A DNA stretch of 64,000 nt. Source: an uncultured Gemmatimonadales bacterium. Its GTDB lineage: Bacteria; Gemmatimonadota; Gemmatimonadetes; Gemmatimonadales; GWC2-71-9. Position 1 is the stretch's first letter, and every line of letters starts with the position of its first letter. This document shows, piece after piece, positions 37,925 through 48,258 of this stretch. Under the pieces are notes generated by a model that saw only the letters and a program-made list of their open reading frames with translations, searched no databases and had not been told where the DNA came from. The position numbers and the translations under genes are program-made. The stretch lies in NCBI GenBank assembly GCA_963795085.1, contig CAWCFX010000004.1:160001-224000 (forward strand), written 5' to 3'.

Positions 37925-40900
37925 GTGAGAATTGAGCCCGGAGAGCTTGTGGCCCGGCTTCAGGCCGCGTTGGGCGCCCAGTACCGCATCGAGCGGGAAC
38001 TGGGCCGTGGCGGCATGGGCATGGTTTTCCTGGCCACCGACACCACGCTCGACCGGCCGGTCGCGGTGAAAGTCATGCACCCCGACCTTTCGGTGCACGG
38101 GTCCATCACCCAGCGGTTCCTGGCTGAGGCCCGGATGATTGCCCGCCTCCGGCACCCCAACATCGTCAGCGTGCATACCGCCGGCGAGGCAACCGGCATC
38201 TTCTATTACGTCATGGATCACGTTCCCGGCGAATCCCTGCGGGAGCGGCTCAACGCCGCCGGAAAACTGGATCTCGCCGAAACGATCCGCATCACCGGGG
38301 ACATCGCCGACGCGCTGGCGGCGGCGGGCGCCGCCGGGTTAGTGCACCGGGACGTGAAGCCGGAAAACATCCTGCTCGACAGCGCGACCGGACGGGCCCT
38401 TCTGGCGGATTTCGGGATTGCCCGGGTTGCGGCTGTCGACGCCGATGCCCAGCTGACGGGACAGGGCATCGCGGTAGGTACCCCCACCTACATGAGCCCG
38501 GAGCAGGCCGCGGGCGAAGTGGTCGATTCCCGTAGCGACCTTTACGGGCTCGGGGTAGTTGCCTACGAGATGCTGGCGGGACAGCCGCCGTTCCGGGGAC
38601 CCAATGGCGCGGCCGTGATCTCCGCGCAGTTGTCCGAAAAACCCGCGCCCATCGACCGGCTCCGGCCCGGTCTTCCCCCGGCGGTCAGCCAGGCCATCAT
38701 GCGGGCGCTGGAAAAATCCCCGGAGCACCGCTGGCAGACCGGCGCCGAGTTCCGCCGGGCACTGGCCGGCGAGGGCGGCGCGGTAGTCCGGCGCCGGCGA
38801 ACCCCGCGGGCGGCCGCGGTGGCCGGAGTTCTGGCACTGCTGCTCGCCGTGGTCGCGGTCGCCATGGCGCTGACCCGGCAGGATGGCCCCCCGCGGGGCG
38901 AGAACCCCCGCCATTCGATCCTGATTCTCCCGTTCGACAACCTGCGGGATGACCGCAGCGTCGACTGGTTGCGCGAAGGCAGCGTCAACATGCTCTCGCT
39001 CAACATGTCGCAGTGGAACGACCTGAACGTGGTGGACCATGAGCGACTGCACGATTTGTTGCGCAACCACGAACAGACGGCGGACGAGCAGATCGGCCTC
39101 GACATGGCCCGGCGGCTGGCCCGGGATGCCGGTGTCTGGACCGTCGTCCTGGGCGACTACACTCAGAACGGCGACTCGCTCTACCTCTCAGCCCGGGTCT
39201 ATGACGTGGCCACCGGAGAGCGGATCAGCGTGGCCCGGGTGGATGGGCTGGGAGAGCCCGATGCCCGCCCTCTGTTCGACCAGTTGGCGGCCCGGCTGCT
39301 GGATCTCTCGGGAGCCCCCGGCGAGGAGCGGCGTGACCTGGCTTCGCTCACGACGCCCTCCCTGGAGGCGTACCGCGCCTATCTTCGCGGGATCGACCAG
39401 CTCACCCGCTGGGAACTGGGAAGCGCGGAGTCGGAACTGGAGAGGGCCGTCAAGCTCGACAGCACCTTCGGGCTGGCCTATTACAAGCTGGCCCTGACCA
39501 GGGGATGGCTGGTGGGCGCGAACGACAGTATCGCGGAGGCGGCGATCCAACGGGCCACCCGTTTCGGCGACCGCCTGCCGCAGCACGAGCGCACAGTGAT
39601 CCGGGCCTACCGGTCCTTCATCGAAGGGGATTTCCTCAGCAGCCAGGCGCTGTACCGGTCTTTGCTGGAACGGGATTCCGCCGACACCGACGCCTGGTAC
39701 GGCCTGGGCGACGCCCTGTTCCACGATACCAGCAGCACCCGGTACGCCTCCAACCAGAGCCAGTCGCTCCGTGCCTTCCGGCGAACCCTGGAGCTGGACC
39801 CAACTTATTCGCTGGCCTACGAACACATCATGAACATGCTTACACGGTCGTCGGAGGACGATCCCTACCTTGCCCTGGTCAACACTGATTCGTTCGTGGA
39901 GGTGTACGTCAAGCCGGGCACCCGGCAACTGGACAGCGCCCGGGTGCGGAACGCGGTCACACTGGCACGGGCTGAGGCAGTATCCACCGGACGGCGGTGG
40001 GTGGCCAGTCAGCCCGAGGCGGTCCGATCTCACACCAACCTGATCGAGGCGTATTTCTCGAGCCGCGACTACCAGTCGGCACTGACGGAACTGGGCCGGG
40101 TCCGCTCGCTCCCGGCCGGTTCCCACCGGGCCGACCTGGTGTTCGCCGAGGGGCGGATCCGGTTCGCCAGTGGCGACCTCGATGGCGCGACCCGGGTGTT
40201 CCGGTCGGCGCTGGACTCTCTCACGCCGTCGGACTTCGCCACCGCAACGCCGATGAGCTTTGTGGAGATCAACAACGCCGCCGCCCTGTTCTCGTACCTG
40301 GGGAAACTGGAGGACGCCGCCCGGGCCATCGGTCTCGCCGATTCGGTCCGGCAGGCCAGCCGGGGCGATGGCCGGGGGCAGGACCCGGGGTTTGACCACT
40401 TCGAGCAGGTTGCCCTGGGCTGGCTCTATGCGGGCGCCAGTGGAGCAACGAGGGAACTCCGGCAACTCTGGTCCCGGGCCGCCGAGGACGCCCGCACTGC
40501 GCCGGCGGCCGCTCGCCCCGAGATCGCCCGCACCGGAACCCCGGCTGCCCTGGGGTTGTTCCTCGGGCCCGCGGGTGACCCCGGACCCCTGAGGGACGAG
40601 CTTCCCATCCTCACCCGGGAGGCCATGGTCAAGGAAGTCCGGGCCCTGCTGGCGCTGGACAGCGGCAAGGCGGACGAGGCACGGAGGATCCTGGCCGAGA
40701 CGGATACCGCGGGGACCAAGCACATGGGCTGGAGTGGGGATATCGGCGACCGGCGCCCGTATGCTGCGCAGGCGTACTACGTGCTGGGTGACTACCAGCG
40801 CGCGGTGGATATCCTGAGCGATTTTGAGACCCGTAGCTTCAGCAAGCGCGGTTTTGACCACCGGTGGGGCATGATTGGGCGGGTGCGGCTGTTGCGGGCG

Positions 40901-41050
40901 GCCGCCCTCGAGAAACTGGGCCGCAATGCCGACGCGGCGGCGCAGTACCGGGCGGTCCTGGCGCAGTGGAAGGATGCCGACGCGGCGATGGTGGGAGCCT
41001 ACCTGAAGCAGGCGGAACAGGGCCTGGCCCGCACGACCGGGGCCGGATGA
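37925..41050 (+). CDS. membrane Ser/Thr kinase with extracytoplasmic TolB-N/TPR-like region
   Basis: GRGGMG, HRDVKPEN, DFG, GTPTYMSPE; TM segment; SILILPFDN; TPR-like helices. Confidence 0.92.
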   Translation: MRIEPGELVARLQAALGAQYRIERELGRGGMGMVFLATDTTLDRPVAVKVMHPDLSVHGSITQRFLAEARMIARLRHPNIVSVHTAGEATGIFYYVMDHVPGESLRERLNAAGKLDLAETIRITGDIADALAAAGAAGLVHRDVKPENILLDSATGRALLADFGIARVAAVDADAQLTGQGIAVGTPTYMSPEQAAGEVVDSRSDLYGLGVVAYEMLAGQPPFRGPNGAAVISAQLSEKPAPIDRLRPGLPPAVSQAIMRALEKSPEHRWQTGAEFRRALAGEGGAVVRRRRTPRAAAVAGVLALLLAVVAVAMALTRQDGPPRGENPRHSILILPFDNLRDDRSVDWLREGSVNMLSLNMSQWNDLNVVDHERLHDLLRNHEQTADEQIGLDMARRLARDAGVWTVVLGDYTQNGDSLYLSARVYDVATGERISVARVDGLGEPDARPLFDQLAARLLDLSGAPGEERRDLASLTTPSLEAYRAYLRGIDQLTRWELGSAESELERAVKLDSTFGLAYYKLALTRGWLVGANDSIAEAAIQRATRFGDRLPQHERTVIRAYRSFIEGDFLSSQALYRSLLERDSADTDAWYGLGDALFHDTSSTRYASNQSQSLRAFRRTLELDPTYSLAYEHIMNMLTRSSEDDPYLALVNTDSFVEVYVKPGTRQLDSARVRNAVTLARAEAVSTGRRWVASQPEAVRSHTNLIEAYFSSRDYQSALTELGRVRSLPAGSHRADLVFAEGRIRFASGDLDGATRVFRSALDSLTPSDFATATPMSFVEINNAAALFSYLGKLEDAARAIGLADSVRQASRGDGRGQDPGFDHFEQVALGWLYAGASGATRELRQLWSRAAEDARTAPAAARPEIARTGTPAALGLFLGPAGDPGPLRDELPILTREAMVKEVRALLALDSGKADEARRILAETDTAGTKHMGWSGDIGDRRPYAAQAYYVLGDYQRAVDILSDFETRSFSKRGFDHRWGMIGRVRLLRAAALEKLGRNADAAAQYRAVLAQWKDADAAMVGAYLKQAEQGLARTTGAG

Positions 41051-41071
41051 GGTTATAGTTTGGCTGTGGGA

Positions 41072-41460
41072 GGACGTGGTGCGATGGTCGCGGTGGCCGC
41101 AAGGTCATCGAGGAAAGTCCGAGCTCCATCGGGTAGACTGCCAGGTAACGCCTGGGCGCCGGGAGGCGACGGCAGGGCCACAGAAAACAAACCGCCCTGT
41201 GCGAGCGCAAGCAGACACGGGGCAAGGGTGAAAAGGTGGGGTAAGAGCCCACCGCGGTCCTGGTAACAGGGCCGGCACGGTAACCCCCAGTCGGAGCAAG
41301 GCCAAATAAGCGGCGAGGTGTGACCCACACCGACCATCCGGACCTTCGGGTTCGGGAGCCGCGGGTAGGCTGCTAGAGGTGGCCGGCGACGGCCATCCCA
41401 GACAGATGACCATCCGTTCGCATTACGCGGACGAACAGAACTCGGCTTACCACCACGCCC
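41072..41460 (+). ncRNA. rnpB: RNase P RNA, bacterial type A
   Basis: GAGGAAAGTCC, GGGTAAGAGCCCACC, GAGCAAGGCCAAATA and ACAGAACTCGGCTTAC; P1 formed by GGACGTGGTG/CACCACGCCC; TATAGT -10 at 41054-41059. Confidence 0.97.
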
Positions 41461-41462
41461 TG

Positions 41463-41499
41463 CCCCGGCCAGACTGCGTCTGGCCGGGGTTGGTTCTTT
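41463..41499 (+). terminator. rnpB terminator
   Basis: 12-bp stem CCCCGGCCAGAC/GTCTGGCCGGGG then TTGGTTCTTT. Confidence 0.75.
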
Positions 41500-41595
41500 C
41501 AGATCATAAAAGGCCCATCTCGCGCAGGACAGCAACCTTCGGCGCTGCGCCACCTGGGACGCGCCTACAGGCTGCCCGTGGGGAAGGCCGGCGGG

Positions 41596-42780
41596 TCAGT
41601 TCCGGACCAGCTCCACCCGCCGGTTGGCCTGCCGCCCCTCGGGAGTGTCGTTGCCGGTCGCCGGCTTGGAGGCACCCAGGCCGACCGAGGCCAGGCGGGC
41701 CGATTCCACCTTGTATATGCTGACCAGGGCGGCCTTGACGGCGGCCGCCCGCTTCTCGGAGAGGGCCTGATTGGCGGCGGCGTTGCCGACGTTGTCGGTA
41801 TGCCCTTCGATTGTCAGGGTCAACTCAGGATGCTCGGTCAGCATCTGGGCGATTTCCTTGAGCGTGGGCGAGGACTCCGCCCGGATCTGGTCGGAACCGG
41901 TATCGAAATAGATGCCCTGGGTCGCTACCCGGCCGCTGGCCGCGAGCTCGTCATACAGTTTTTTGCCGCCGGCCATGATGCTGATGTTGCCGATGAAGAT
42001 GGGTTCGTTCTCCCGGCCGGCCGTCTCGATCGAAATGGTATTGGAACGCCCCAGGTCGGCGTTGGGAATGTTGGCGACCCTCGCGTCGTTCATGTACACC
42101 TTGACGTAGCGCCCGTCTGCCATGATCCGACCCCGCAACATCTCCCCCGGGCTCAAGGTGCGCGGGGTCAAGGCCTGCGTTTGATGGGTAGCCCCGAAGA
42201 CTCCGCCCTGGCCCTTGTCTCCATAAAGGCGGAACCGGACATCGTCCCCCGCACCGTCGGCAAACTTCAGGACCATCCAGATATTGGCATGCGGCAGAGT
42301 GGCGTCAAATTCAACGGTGAATCGTTCCGGAAGCTGTTCTGGCAAGGCGATGCTGAACTTGGCCGGATAGCTCGTAGCCCGGAGAAGGCGGATGCCCTGC
42401 CACTCTGCGACCTCCATGTTGCCGTCCCCGAACTCCAGTCGGCGCGGAAAGTCACCCACGTTGTCCCTGGTAAAGTCTTCCACGAACAATGGACGGGTCC
42501 CGGGGGTAAAGTCATAGTTGACCCAAGCCCCCTCCCCAACCCGTTCCTGGGAGGCGGGACCGGAGGCTGGCGCGTCGGTCTTGCTGGAGTCGATGACTAC
42601 CTGCTTGCCCTCGGCGCGGGCCCGCTCCTGGCATGCGGTATCGGCCAGGGCGCAGGTGATCCGTCCCTGTACGGCCTCCTGGGCTTTGCGGCGCAGGCCG
42701 CCCAGCTGGGCGGCAGCGGTGTCCGCCAGCAGGAACAGCAGGGTCGCCGAGCCGGCCGCGATCATAAGCGACTTTTTCAT
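41596..42780 (-). CDS. OmpA-family peptidoglycan-binding protein
   Basis: Signal peptide; IYFDTGSD, IEGHTDNVG, LSEKRA, NRRVE. Confidence 0.9.
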   Translation of the reverse strand: MKKSLMIAAGSATLLFLLADTAAAQLGGLRRKAQEAVQGRITCALADTACQERARAEGKQVVIDSSKTDAPASGPASQERVGEGAWVNYDFTPGTRPLFVEDFTRDNVGDFPRRLEFGDGNMEVAEWQGIRLLRATSYPAKFSIALPEQLPERFTVEFDATLPHANIWMVLKFADGAGDDVRFRLYGDKGQGGVFGATHQTQALTPRTLSPGEMLRGRIMADGRYVKVYMNDARVANIPNADLGRSNTISIETAGRENEPIFIGNISIMAGGKKLYDELAASGRVATQGIYFDTGSDQIRAESSPTLKEIAQMLTEHPELTLTIEGHTDNVGNAAANQALSEKRAAAVKAALVSIYKVESARLASVGLGASKPATGNDTPEGRQANRRVELVRN

Positions 42781-43005
42781 ATGCCTCGGTCCTTCAAGGT
42801 GGATGGGGGGTTGGACGGCCGGCATGGCGGTTGGAACGCCAAGGGGCCGGACCACAAGATAAGGCAATTGCCGCCGGTGAGGTTACGGTCAGGTATGCCC
42901 TGACCCTCCGGTCAGGTTGCGCTGATCTCAACCTTGCTCCCGCGCCTGCCCGGGGTAATCTTACCCGGCCCCGTGTCACTTTTTCCGGCCACCCGGTCGC
43001 TCGAG

Positions 43006-43221
43006 ATGGCAGCAACTTCCAATAATCATCCGGCCTATCCCCGAACCTGGGAGAACGTGGCCCACCTGCGGGTGTTCCGGGCCGCCGCCGGCGACTGGGA
43101 CAAGGTGGTCGGCTGGCGATCCGACATGATCAAGCGGGGATGGCGCCTGCTGCGAGTTTCGACGGAAGCCGAGGAGATCGTGGCCGTCTTCGGCAAGACC
43201 AAGCTGGGGCCGGGCACCTGA
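43006..43221 (+). CDS. small hypothetical protein
   Basis: Protein-like 71-aa ORF filling the gap before the next gene. Confidence 0.6.
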   Translation: MAATSNNHPAYPRTWENVAHLRVFRAAAGDWDKVVGWRSDMIKRGWRLLRVSTEAEEIVAVFGKTKLGPGT

Positions 43222-43266
43222 GCCGGCTCCGTTGCCACGCATAACGACCCCAAAAAAGGCTTGACC

Positions 43267-44049
43267 ATGTCCGTGCGCACCTCGATGTATGCCGTTGTCT
43301 CGCTGGCGATGGCCGGCGGCTGGGTCGCCGATGCTCCCATCACCACGAAGTACCGGGTGGACACCCGGGTCGAGCAAGTCCTCGACCTCAGTTCCTTCGG
43401 CCAGGGGGAGCAGCGAACTACCCTGGGAATGGTCAATTTTCTCACCATTACCATGGACGACACCACAGGGGGGAGAACGGTTCACGTGGTGCTCGATTCC
43501 ATCGTGAAGTCCGACACCAACCCGATTCCGGTGCAGGCCTCGCTGGACAGCGCCCGCGGGCGCACCTGGCACGCGCTGATGGAACCCGGCGGGAAGCTGT
43601 CCAATCTTCGCCGGATGGATAGCACCAGCGGCGGCCAGGTGGGCGACCTGGTCACCAATTTCTTCCCCCGGGTCAAATCTGGAGCCAAGGTAGGCGACCA
43701 GTGGAGCGACACCACGGAAACCGACAGTGACCAGGAAGGCCAGTCGCTGACCACCCGAACCGTGACTAACTACAGTGTCACCGGGACGGAGACCATCAAC
43801 GGTTCGCGGGCCCTCAAGGTCGAGACCGCCTTCAGTCTGGCCCAGACCGGCGAAGTCGATCAGGCGGGTAACACCTTCGCGGTGGATGGGACCGGCACGG
43901 GGACGTCGACCTACTATGTGACCCAGGACGGCCGATACCTTGGCGGTACGACGACTACCACGGCGGATCTTCAGATCTCAGGAGCGCAGGTTCCGCAGCC
44001 GATCCCCGTGCAGGTCAAGAACACGGTGACCGTCAGCACGATACGGTAG
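43267..44049 (+). CDS. secreted beta-rich hypothetical protein
   Basis: Signal peptide; Thr/Val-rich strands; FFPRV...KVGDQWSDT. Confidence 0.75.
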   Translation: MSVRTSMYAVVSLAMAGGWVADAPITTKYRVDTRVEQVLDLSSFGQGEQRTTLGMVNFLTITMDDTTGGRTVHVVLDSIVKSDTNPIPVQASLDSARGRTWHALMEPGGKLSNLRRMDSTSGGQVGDLVTNFFPRVKSGAKVGDQWSDTTETDSDQEGQSLTTRTVTNYSVTGTETINGSRALKVETAFSLAQTGEVDQAGNTFAVDGTGTGTSTYYVTQDGRYLGGTTTTTADLQISGAQVPQPIPVQVKNTVTVSTIR

Positions 44050-44072
44050 CAGCCCGGAGGGCGGCGTGCCGG

Positions 44073-44108
44073 AAGCGCGGCTCCCTGAAAAGCGGGGCCG
44101 CGCTTTCT
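44073..44108 (+). terminator. probable terminator hairpin
   Basis: AAGCGCGGCTCC...GGGGCCGCGCTT followed by TCTC. Confidence 0.5.
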
Positions 44109-44190
44109 CGTTGTCCGGTGCGGCGCTACCTTGGAATAACCTTGGACGGGACCGGCCGGCCCGTCCGCCACCACGCGCCCCCCGTTGCCC

Positions 44191-45060
44191 ATGCCGTACC
44201 GCCGTGTCGTTCCGTGTTTTGCGCTGTTCATTCTCGCCAGTTGTTCTTCCGGCGGCGGCGGTAGCGCGCGGCCCGAATCGTCGGGGCATCCAGAGCCGGA
44301 AATCGGATCCCCCGGGGGCAAGCGGAGGGGAGCGGTGGAGTACGGGGAAATGCCCCGGGGCCGCTATCGGCTCGACAGCCGGGACAGCCTGGCGATGGAA
44401 ATGCCGGACGGATCCTTTCAGCGAACCGTAACGGTGAAATCCGCCTTCCTGACGCTGGGTCTCCGGTCCCAGGGCAGTTACTTCGCCGCCGACATCCGGC
44501 TGGACAGCATTGTGTTCGACCGGATCACCCCGCTCCAGCCGATGGCCGACAGTGCCCGCGACACCCGGTGGGTGGGGCGGATGGCCCTGACCGGGCGCTT
44601 CGATTCGCTGAGCACGGCGAAGCCCACGATGCTGGGCGAGCAGGTCCGCGCCATGCTCAACCGGCTGGTGCCGGTCCTGCCGGACTCGGGGGCGGCACCG
44701 GGGGAGCGCTGGACCGACAGTACCAGCGTACCATACAGGGTGATGGCGGGATTCGACGCGACTGAGGAGCGCCGGGCGGAGTTCCGCGCCGGCAAGTGGG
44801 AATCCTCCGGCGACACCAGCATGCTTCCGATCCAGAGCACGATGACCTACGCTGTCTCCGGCAGCGGCTCCGGGTTCGGGCAGGAGATTCAGATCGAGGG
44901 TGGCGGCCGGACCCGGGGCACTCATCGCCTGTCTGCCGCGGGCATCCTGCTGCGCGCCGAGGTAACCGATTCGGTCACGATGACGCTGACCGTTCCCGCC
45001 GTGGGACAGAGCGTGCCCGCGGTGGTGGTCACCACCTACAGCCTTACTCCGCTCTTCTGA
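44191..45060 (+). CDS. lipoprotein, probable paralog of the upstream beta-rich protein
   Basis: Lipobox ILAS-C; LVPVLP...APGERWTDST. Confidence 0.75.
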   Translation: MPYRRVVPCFALFILASCSSGGGGSARPESSGHPEPEIGSPGGKRRGAVEYGEMPRGRYRLDSRDSLAMEMPDGSFQRTVTVKSAFLTLGLRSQGSYFAADIRLDSIVFDRITPLQPMADSARDTRWVGRMALTGRFDSLSTAKPTMLGEQVRAMLNRLVPVLPDSGAAPGERWTDSTSVPYRVMAGFDATEERRAEFRAGKWESSGDTSMLPIQSTMTYAVSGSGSGFGQEIQIEGGGRTRGTHRLSAAGILLRAEVTDSVTMTLTVPAVGQSVPAVVVTTYSLTPLF

Positions 45061-45116
45061 AGTATCCCACCGGCTGGAAACAGCCCGGGCGGGCGCTCGC
45101 GCTCGCCCTCCGCGCC

Positions 45117-45953
45117 ATGGTCGGCGCCGGCGCGTTCTGGCTGCTCGGCGCCTGGCCTCCACCGGTCTGGTACGGATCCCACTGGCCCGCCGAGACCGCC
45201 TTCATGCAGATGCGGGGCGGCGAGGGACGCCGCTACCACCCGGTTCCGCTCGACTCCATACCGGAGCGGGCGCGGAAAGCGGTCACTATCGGTGAAGACG
45301 ACGATTTCTGGAATCATCGCGGCATTGACTGGAAGTCCCTCCGGCAGGCCCTGGGATACCGGCGGCGGGAATTCTCCTGGTCGTCACCACGCGACCGGGA
45401 GGAGCTGCTTCCCCTCCTGGCCCGGGCCTGGGAACGGCGGGACGCGCTGCGGGGCGCCAGCACCATCACGCAGCAACTGGCCAAGAATCTCTATCTATCG
45501 CCGTCGCGAAATCCGCTGCGAAAGGTCAAGGAAGCCTTCACGGCCTTCCGGCTGGAAGGCGCCCTGAGCAAGGAACGCATCCTGGCACTATACCTGAACG
45601 TTGTCGAACTGGGAGACGAAGTGTGGGGATTCGACGCGGCGAGCCAGGCATACTTCAAGCGGCCCGCCAGCCGCCTTTCGACCGAGCAGGGCGCGGCGCT
45701 CGCTGCAACGCTTCCCTTTCCCCGGTCATCCAACCCTGGCTACCGGCCGGGGCGAATGCGCTGGCGTCAACAGCTGATTCTGCGGAGACTGCGGGGAGAG
45801 AACGTGGAAGTGCCCCGCATTGAGGTAGAACCCTCGCCACTGCCGCCGCCGGCCGACAGCTTCGTTCCTATCATGCCCGATCCGGAACCGCCCGTGCTCC
45901 CCGTCGACACCGCGCCGAGCGCGCCGACGCCCGGAGACTCGGCCGTGCCTTAG
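45117..45953 (+). CDS. mtgA: monofunctional peptidoglycan transglycosylase
   Basis: EDDDFWNHRG, RGASTITQQLAKNL, RKVKE, YLNVVE; start uncertain. Confidence 0.88.
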   Translation: MVGAGAFWLLGAWPPPVWYGSHWPAETAFMQMRGGEGRRYHPVPLDSIPERARKAVTIGEDDDFWNHRGIDWKSLRQALGYRRREFSWSSPRDREELLPLLARAWERRDALRGASTITQQLAKNLYLSPSRNPLRKVKEAFTAFRLEGALSKERILALYLNVVELGDEVWGFDAASQAYFKRPASRLSTEQGAALAATLPFPRSSNPGYRPGRMRWRQQLILRRLRGENVEVPRIEVEPSPLPPPADSFVPIMPDPEPPVLPVDTAPSAPTPGDSAVP

Positions 45954-47017
45954 TTCACTGGCGGGGTGGATGCGGCCAGCCGGCGCGCGTCCCGCCGCAT
46001 CGCACGGTACTGCCGGAAGGTGACCATCCGCCGGCGATCCTCGTCCCAGAAGCGAAGCCGCAGGGTCTTGATGCTCTCCCGGAACGTCAAGGTCACCACG
46101 TTCTGGAACATCGGGTTCTCGGCATGGCACTTTTCCAGCCGGTAATTCGGGATCCGGGGGTTCAGATGGTGGACGTGATGGAAGCCGATGTTGCCGGTAA
46201 ACCACTGGAGGGGGCGCGACAGCTTGAAGTAGGAACTGCCCTCGACCGCGGCCGTGGCGTAGGACCACTCCCGCCGGGAGGCCCAGTAGGCATCATCGAA
46301 CTGGTGCTGAACATAAAACAGCCAGATGCCGGTAGCACCAGCCAGGAAAAAGACCGGCAGGTACACCATCACCACCGCCTTGAGCCCGATCAGGAGCGAG
46401 AAGAGGGAGACCAGGGCGACCAGCGTGATGTTGGTGGCTTGTACGCTCATGCGCTCCTTCCAGCCGGCGTCGGGACCCAGGGCCTGGAACCGCTGCTTCA
46501 GGGCCAGCCAGATGGGACCCAGCCCGAACATCACCACCGGGGACCGCCCGGTGAGGTAGCGGACCCGGCCCAGCCAGTTGAGGGCGAGGTACTCTCTGAC
46601 GGTCAGAGTGGTGATGTCGCCATGGCCGCGCTTGTCGAGATTGCCCGAGCTGGCGTGGTGTACGGCGTGGTCGTGCCGCCACTGCACATAGGGCGTCAGC
46701 GTGAGAACGCCGGTCACGAAACCGACCACGTCGTTCCAGCGGCGGGAAGGGAAGAAGGAGCCATGCCCGCAATCGTGCATGATGATAAAGGTCCGGACCA
46801 GGAAACCCGCGCAGGGAATGGCCAGGCCGAGGGTCAGCCAGTAGCTCACCGAAAGGGAGAAGTACATGGCGACCAGCAGGGCAACGAAGGGGACCAGGGT
46901 GTTGCCGAGCTGGAAGAGGCTCCGGCGGACATCGGGGGATTGGTAGCGGGCGACAACGGCTTTCCAGTCGTTGGCCGGGGACCCTGGCTGGAGTGCTGCT
47001 TGGGCGGTTTCTGTCAT
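45950..47017 (-). CDS. membrane fatty acid desaturase (Des-like)
   Basis: His boxes HDCGH, HDHAVHH, HHVHH; start trimmed to MTETAQ. Confidence 0.92.
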   Translation of the reverse strand: MTETAQAALQPGSPANDWKAVVARYQSPDVRRSLFQLGNTLVPFVALLVAMYFSLSVSYWLTLGLAIPCAGFLVRTFIIMHDCGHGSFFPSRRWNDVVGFVTGVLTLTPYVQWRHDHAVHHASSGNLDKRGHGDITTLTVREYLALNWLGRVRYLTGRSPVVMFGLGPIWLALKQRFQALGPDAGWKERMSVQATNITLVALVSLFSLLIGLKAVVMVYLPVFFLAGATGIWLFYVQHQFDDAYWASRREWSYATAAVEGSSYFKLSRPLQWFTGNIGFHHVHHLNPRIPNYRLEKCHAENPMFQNVVTLTFRESIKTLRLRFWDEDRRRMVTFRQYRAMRRDARRLAASTPPVN

Positions 47018-47145
47018 AGCGACCCCCTGGGGCTTTCTAACACGACGACCCTCCAGCGTCCTGCCGAGGGTCATCAGGGCATGGGGCCAAAGGGCCCCAG
47101 GTCGGAATATACCACCTTGCAGACCTGGTCGCCCGGTTGGGGGAC

Positions 47146-48258
47146 TCAGTCCACCAGCCGGAGGGGCATGACCAGGGTGAGATAACTCGCGGTGTCGTCC
47201 CACCCGACCGGTTCGCAGGTCGCCGCGCGCTCCGGCCCCTTGAAGGTCATCCGGACCTCGTCGGTGGGGATGTACTTGAGGATCTCGAGCAGGTACGCGG
47301 CGTTGAAGCCGATCTCCAGCGGGTCGCCCTCGTAGCTGACCGTGACCTCCTCCTGGGCCTCGCCCAGGTCGGGGGTCTGGACCGAGAGCTTGCAGGACCC
47401 GCTGGCGAACTGCATCCGGATCCGGTGGGTCTGGTCGCTGGCCACGATGCTCATGCGGCGGAGTGCGGAGGTGAGGGCCGACTTGTCCGCGGTGGCGGAC
47501 TTGTCGTTCTCCCGGGGAATCACCTGCTCGTAGTTCGGATAGGGTCCTTCGATGAGCCGGGTGTAGACCTGGGTCGTCGGCGACCGGAAGCCAAGATGGT
47601 TGTCGCTGCGGGCGATCTCCAATTCCTCTTCCGAGCCGAAGAGCCGGCGGATCTGCTCCAGCGCCTTGGGAGGCACGATCAGGTCGGCCTGTTTGCCGGC
47701 GGCGGCCTTGGCGGGAATGTCCATGCGGGCCAGCCGGTGGCCGTTGGTCGCCACCATCCGCATCCGCTCGGGGCGCAACTCCCAGAGGACACCGTTGAGA
47801 ATCGGACGGCTTTCCTCGGTGCTGGCGGCAAAGGCCACGTGCCCGATCAGCTTCTGGAGGTCGGTCGCCGAGCTCTTCCAGGCGTTGTCGAATTTCACGG
47901 CGGGGAAGGCCGGGAACTCTTCCCGCGGCAGCCCCAGCAGCCGGAACTTGGTACGGCCGCACTCGATGGTCATGCGCTGTTCGCCGGAGCCCGAAAAACG
48001 GATGGCCGCACTGGGCAGTTCCCGGACGATCTCGACCAGCTTCTTCGCCGGCAGGGTGATGGCACCTTCCTGGTCCACCGAGGCCGCAATGGTGGTGGAC
48101 ACGCCGATATCGAGATCCGTTCCGGAAAGCCGAAGACCGTCCTTGCTGGCTTCAACCAGGATGTTGGAGAGCACAGGTAGCGTCGTCTTGGTGGGTACGC
48201 TTGCCGCCACGGCAAGCAGGCCTTCCTGGAGCTGCTCTCGCGCAATGGTGAACTTCAT
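47146..48258 (-). CDS. dnaN: DNA polymerase III beta clamp
   Basis: GTDLDI, RPILNGV, ATNGHRLA, YPNY, LVMPLRL. Confidence 0.98.
   Translation of the reverse strand: MKFTIAREQLQEGLLAVAASVPTKTTLPVLSNILVEASKDGLRLSGTDLDIGVSTTIAASVDQEGAITLPAKKLVEIVRELPSAAIRFSGSGEQRMTIECGRTKFRLLGLPREEFPAFPAVKFDNAWKSSATDLQKLIGHVAFAASTEESRPILNGVLWELRPERMRMVATNGHRLARMDIPAKAAAGKQADLIVPPKALEQIRRLFGSEEELEIARSDNHLGFRSPTTQVYTRLIEGPYPNYEQVIPRENDKSATADKSALTSALRRMSIVASDQTHRIRMQFASGSCKLSVQTPDLGEAQEEVTVSYEGDPLEIGFNAAYLLEILKYIPTDEVRMTFKGPERAATCEPVGWDDTASYLTLVMPLRLVD

Noticed and set aside
41053..41553. ORFs overlapping 41.05-41.55 kb
   Set aside because: The region is the RNase P RNA gene.
45950..47962. 670-aa ORF suggesting a dnaN-desaturase fusion
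   Set aside because: The N-terminal extension is an off-frame overlap with dnaN; the desaturase plausibly starts at 47017.
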